From a virus: 53,362 bases of DNA. Of the stretch, positions 50,501 to 53,362 are shown in pieces (within the stretch, counting starts at the first letter, position 1; every line of letters starts with the position of its first letter). The notes beneath the pieces are model-generated. The model ran no database searches, was not told where the DNA came from, and saw only the letters and a program-made list of their open reading frames with translations. The DNA is taken from positions 1 through 53,362 of the IMG/VR virus record IMGVR_UViG_3300047160_009474; one strand, given 5' to 3'. The position numbers and the translations under genes are program-made.

Positions 50501-53362
50501 ACCAACGACCGGCAGCCGAGGCTCCAGCAGCTGCACCCGCGCCGGTGGAGAAACCGGCGGCACCGGCAAAGCCACAGCCCTTAGCCGAGTTCTCCACCAA
50601 GCAGGACTTCAATAAGGACTTCGACCCGGGCCAGTTGACCGGCGAGTACCAATACGTTGCCGACTTCCACAATTCCCAGAACGACGCGCAGGCCAGGAAG
50701 GCACTGAGCAAAGCCACAGTCGATCAGTTGAAGCAACTGGCTGAGTGGCACGGCATCGCCGTAGGCGGCAACGCAAAGCAGCTGACCGACCGGCTGGTGG
50801 AGTTGAAGGGCCTGGCTCGCAAACTCAAGACCACCCCGGAGTCAGAGCTCGCCAAGCTAACCAACTATGAGCTCAACGAGATGCTTAAAAAGACCGGCGG
50901 CTATCGGGGTCTGCCCAAAGACACCAAGGTCAGGCAACTCAAAGCCTTCCCGGAAAAGTTCGAAGGCACTCTCAGGGTTGAAGCTGCGGAGCAAATCCAG
51001 CATGACCAGTTCGCGGCAGCCATCAAAGCTCGCAAACCGGTGGGTAGAAAGGCCGCAGAGTCCTGGGACATTGAGTCTCAGCTGGAGCAACTGGGTTACC
51101 AGTGGAACGAGAAGACCCAGCAACTTGAGTTCGTCGGTCCCCCAGACATCGTCCGGGTCGGTGAGAGGCGCATGCCCGAGGAAACCCTCAGGCGCAAGGT
51201 TGCCGAGATGGAGCGATTACTGGAAGGGCATGAGAAGGGAACAGCTGAACTTGAAAAGCAGATCGCAAAGTATGCGGAGGAAAGCCGACCGGAAAATCCC
51301 GACGTTGAGCGGCGTGAATTTGCCCAGAAACATTTGGGGACTGCTAAGGGGATGCTGCCAGAACGCAGGGCGCAGATAGAGAAGGAGCAACGCGAGTTGG
51401 CCCAGATGAAGGAAGCCCTGAAGGGACCCAAGCAAAAGGCTCGTCCTGGTGTTCAGCATCTGCGGAGAGCTGAGAAGCCAGAAAGAGGCAGTGGTCGGTT
51501 CATCGATGAGAACAGTAATGAGTACGTCCTCGAAAACGATTCCGGTCAGAGGCTGGATAGTCTCAGCGTCACTCGCTATGGGCAGGATAAAACCAAACCT
51601 ATACTTCGGCTGCCCAAGACATTGCAGAAGAACCCGGACGCAGCACAGTCCAAGTTCTGGCGGGATAACCTGGCGAACGTAGCCAAAGCCGAGGGTGGCA
51701 AACTCTACTCCGGTGACCCGGTCAGGAGCCTGAGCAAAGCCGACAAGGCAGTGTGGGAGAAATTGAACACCGGCACTGAGAAGCTCGGTGATGCCGAGTA
51801 TTATGTTTTCGAACCCGAACCCCAAACCAAAGAGGGCAAATCAAAACGAATAGCTAATCTCATCGAGCAACGATTTGGAGAGAAGGCCCAACTCGAAAAA
51901 CAAACCGCTGCGGCCAGTGAAGGCAAACCCATTCCTCCCGGGCATGAGGGTCCTGGTGGTGCCTCTGTCGGTGATGTTCCCAATACCCCGCCCCAGGCCC
52001 GAGCCGCAGGCGCACGGGTCGAGCAGGCCCCACCGGCGGAAAGACCCCTGGGTCCGGTGTCAACGGTTGCCAATGCGCTCAAGAATGTCGGCAACTGGAT
52101 TGTCGCGGAAGCCAAGGGGATGGCGGGAGCCACCATGCCTCACACCACTGCCGCGCACCGGGAAACCGGAGAAGCCGGGGCACGTTACCTTTCTTCCCGC
52201 ATCGCCGCTCTACCCAACGCCCATGCCTTCTCCACCCAGGTATTGGAAGGCACCAACGTCGACCCGCACAAATTCGGTGCCGCTCTGACCGAAGACAACC
52301 TGCGCTCCATCCGGGAAGCCTTGCGAGCCAAAGCCACTGAGCTGCTGGCCATCGGGGATGATGAAGGTGCCGACGAAGCCAGCGCACAAGCCGATGAAGT
52401 CCGCACCATGATCGGTGCCCGGGGTTCGCCCTTCCGCACCGAGGATGAATACTTCGATTTCCTGGCTGACCCCCAAACCCAACGGGCCATCGACCAGCAC
52501 ATCCAGTTGTGGCAGGAAGTCATTGACCCGCAGTACAAGCAGGCCATGGACCTGGACCCCTCCACCCAGCTGCCCACCCGGGGTCAGCAAACCGGGGCTC
52601 GCGTTAATCTAAAACCCATCTTTGGCGATGAGGAATTGCCGGTGGGTAAAACCGTCAAGGGGGCCGATGGTCCCCGGCTCACCGCCACTTTCAAACGCAA
52701 GTCGCCCTTCGCCCGCAAGGCCAAAGGCACCGGCGAATCCTATGCCATCAACTATCACGAAATCATTGCCAACACCTTTGAGAAGCAACTGGAGGTGGCC
52801 AATAAAAACGCCTTCGATAAATCCCTGGTGGATTCGGGCAATGCCCTCATTGGCGACCCGGGCCAGCGCATCACCCTCGGCGGGGAAGCCACGGTCGCAT
52901 TCCCGCTCACCCGCAAGACCATCGTTACCTCCAGTGAGGGAGTCACCAAGGCCTTCCCCCTTTCCAAAAACATCTACGTTCGCAAAAGCCTGGCCGGTGA
53001 GTACGCCTCTGCGGCCAACGTCGACCGCAAGTTCAGAGTCCCCATTGTCACCCCGATAATGAATGCGCTCAATAAAGTGGCTCTGGCTGGGCTGACCGAT
53101 GCCACGGCTCACATCTCCAACCAGATGTCGTTACTCTTTAATCGCCCCATCTCCGGTCCCCTGTGGGCTGACTCACTGCTCTCTGCCGCCGGTCGGCTCG
53201 ATGTCCCGGTGGCCATTGGCCGGGCTCTAGTCAAAGCCTTCCAGAACAACACCCAGCAAATTGCCCAACTCTCAACCATTGGCGCGATGAGAGCACCGCA
53301 TGGCGAACCGGCCACCAAAGTAGGCAAGGTCCTGGGCACCACCGGCAGGCTCCTCTCCTGGA
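47566..53362 (+). CDS. 5' part of the giant ~2,280-aa multidomain virion-associated protein (continues at 1..1143)
   Basis: The frame of ATG 47566 has no stop to the window end, and no frame-1 ORF is closed in the track. It joins the 1..1143 frame through the 97-bp overlap. Total length is 6,843 nt. Confidence 0.85.
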   Translation, partial: MSEWKATLDDGRTIVLEGDEKPTESQVLSALNEYNAGRKAELAEKRAAIQAEGERSYVFGGDEEGKPTAKTLPRRSGRLLDTGEEAPPAPVEKIVSAAVTEGGDIHTGANHPEILNRLGIKGYEDRESRNTNKFGFTTNTGRFVSREEAGRIATNAGQNLDTFGPGELVHSDQIASPKDPDKALGDVPQEPGIRQASMYERARMSPLAQAVFGETEAGKQLQKEYGGGGTPSPSEVLGASSMIAGVGPGGLLGKGLMIYFAGNYLWHSPGQMKAALKAYNAGDYQTARNIIIEQALGGGLTAVGLHGAFQKGAPDLGPAKEVPLEYQGTFKERKPGEAPEAPIDVQAEVVKPKQLSFVDPRTGVVYDSSGKVSSISSPGGLTLAATGDEIARNGAPATAAALNEQVAKGEAHAIQERSAAAVPVEAPPAAGPEVGARTPGTKEPAVPQTEKETVTEPTREQLQQAARESAAEYEEEHAEDIADEEEETPAPAAEPTTVFLSGTERNKADRQSRMEQGLPMGVTATGPGSKGGERTLSPAVRQDVVKHLNAGGEVFMDSGAYAATKPDEPEKQREVNWGTVLHAYNEIADQASRPVHSTLYVVAPDKLRDPTTTQELWNKYHTQLGDLIGKGVNVIAPVQKAPGKTLAESMKEVPTSFRGQQYRDKIPGDVIVGIPMKQWTMQDLTDMLAASKGKTLSVHLLGGGEEMVNWFKDIAKEQGVNLRHVSGDASVTKDIRERKFGPPEKAAEPPPAEAPERPNLSKWGVPQAQWDEMAKYNDFDQMKIWGTTRAKIIEKVSLEQFGKKKEEEAVAKPAKALPTQMKASDAPPPKPGEPDLVMIGCGVDKVKTKTPVPIADLYTGRLTKARVNWAKGQDRPWMILSAMHAAIEPGQPVMPYNVSIDQLTPEELPGWRQRVRQKILDYFGGSREGTIGKTIEIHAGKKYVAEFNKAVEGLGVTVKPAFTGGEGSAKQEVAYKKGYQRPAAEAPAAAPAPVEKPAAPAKPQPLAEFSTKQDFNKDFDPGQLTGEYQYVADFHNSQNDAQARKALSKATVDQLKQLAEWHGIAVGGNAKQLTDRLVELKGLARKLKTTPESELAKLTNYELNEMLKKTGGYRGLPKDTKVRQLKAFPEKFEGTLRVEAAEQIQHDQFAAAIKARKPVGRKAAESWDIESQLEQLGYQWNEKTQQLEFVGPPDIVRVGERRMPEETLRRKVAEMERLLEGHEKGTAELEKQIAKYAEESRPENPDVERREFAQKHLGTAKGMLPERRAQIEKEQRELAQMKEALKGPKQKARPGVQHLRRAEKPERGSGRFIDENSNEYVLENDSGQRLDSLSVTRYGQDKTKPILRLPKTLQKNPDAAQSKFWRDNLANVAKAEGGKLYSGDPVRSLSKADKAVWEKLNTGTEKLGDAEYYVFEPEPQTKEGKSKRIANLIEQRFGEKAQLEKQTAAASEGKPIPPGHEGPGGASVGDVPNTPPQARAAGARVEQAPPAERPLGPVSTVANALKNVGNWIVAEAKGMAGATMPHTTAAHRETGEAGARYLSSRIAALPNAHAFSTQVLEGTNVDPHKFGAALTEDNLRSIREALRAKATELLAIGDDEGADEASAQADEVRTMIGARGSPFRTEDEYFDFLADPQTQRAIDQHIQLWQEVIDPQYKQAMDLDPSTQLPTRGQQTGARVNLKPIFGDEELPVGKTVKGADGPRLTATFKRKSPFARKAKGTGESYAINYHEIIANTFEKQLEVANKNAFDKSLVDSGNALIGDPGQRITLGGEATVAFPLTRKTIVTSSEGVTKAFPLSKNIYVRKSLAGEYASAANVDRKFRVPIVTPIMNALNKVALAGLTDATAHISNQMSLLFNRPISGPLWADSLLSAAGRLDVPVAIGRALVKAFQNNTQQIAQLSTIGAMRAPHGEPATKVGKVLGTTGRLLSW
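48800..48928 (+). CDS. Embedded alternative-frame small ORF (42 aa) with a strong Shine-Dalgarno sequence
   Basis: AAAGGAGAAgcacATG. MPFKSEAQRRYLWKHHPQLARKWAHEHPGQKNLPYHKRKKKR. It lies in the +1 frame over an Ala/Pro/Glu-rich linker of the giant ORF. Confidence 0.35.
   Translation: MPFKSEAQRRYLWKHHPQLARKWAHEHPGQKNLPYHKRKKKR
53266..53362. repeat. Terminal overlap copy 2, identical to 1-97
   Basis: See 1-97. Confidence 0.95.

Noticed and set aside
295-52590. Long ORFs antisense to or out of frame with assigned genes. Examples: 295..1128-, 29932..30921+, 35676..36779+, 42493..43365-, 44799..45386-, 45780..46373-, 48367..49098-, 49954..50505-, 51217..51825-, 52609..53112-.
   Set aside because: These are shadow ORFs typical of GC-rich coding DNA. 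Each lies wholly within a longer, better-supported gene, and the translations are Arg/Gly/Pro/His-rich without motifs.
47566-53362. The giant protein as an N4- or crAss-type virion RNA polymerase acting on the early hairpin elements.
   Set aside because: By eye I found no DxDGD two-barrel motif and no T7-like A/B/C polymerase motifs. The hairpins have 13-bp stems with 12-15-nt loops, unlike N4 promoters. Sigma70-like early promoters are also present. This is not excluded, only unsupported; HHpred would decide.
1-53362. CRISPR arrays, transposases or IS ends, and rRNA operons.
   Set aside because: No regularly spaced direct repeats were found. The only recombinase is the tyrosine integrase, and there is no full-length rRNA-like sequence.

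Overview
The window is a complete tailed-phage genome. Bases 1-97 repeat exactly at 53266-53362, so the genome is circularly closed or terminally redundant, with a unit length of 53,265 bp. One giant ORF (47566 to the window end, continuing 1..1143, about 2,280 aa) reads straight through that junction.

Gene content fits a temperate, podovirus-like phage:
- Plus-strand early block of small Cys-rich or unknown proteins (3401-8910).
- Tyrosine integrase (8988..10199, minus) next to membrane-protein accessory genes.
- Divergent pair of ribbon-helix-helix (RHH) regulators with an Xis-like gene (10918-11889).
- Recombination and middle block with an ERF annealase, a PD-(D/E)xK exonuclease and a RusA-like resolvase (12166-18829).
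- Minus-strand morphogenesis operon (39875 down to 20083): TerL, portal, scaffold, major capsid protein and a 1,464-aa LamG/beta-helix fibre.
- Plus-strand tail and internal-protein operon (40203 through the junction to 1346): collagen-like fibre, tail-collar fibre and the giant protein.

No tRNA, rRNA, CRISPR array, transposase or reverse transcriptase was recognised.

Observations that stand out:
1. A 1.4-kb ORF-free, hairpin-dense block (1347-2750). It is bounded by a late-type regulatory motif and a minus-strand hairpin+U6 terminator, so it is a candidate large structured ncRNA. It carries faint colinear islands resembling the 16S rRNA 3' domain; this is unverified.
2. Two separate cis-regulatory families. 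A 20-bp inverted repeat, GTTGNCA-N6-TGNCAAC, lies in front of TerL, scaffold, capsid, the enzyme cassette and the ncRNA block. A TTGTGCCACAA-type operator sits in the spacer of three sigma70-like early promoters.
3. In the early region, a 13-bp-stem hairpin repeat with compensatory changes, and a GTGACGCAG box 1-4 nt upstream of (once overlapping) six start codons.
4. A cassette of about 6 kb inserted between portal and scaffold. It encodes an ATP-grasp-like protein, two GT-A glycosyltransferases, a SAM methyltransferase and a beta-propeller protein, and has its own RHH gene and late motif.
5. The mosaic giant protein, which contains an SD-preceded 42-codon ORF embedded in an alternative frame.

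All functional calls rest on motifs read by eye and on gene order. No database search was run.
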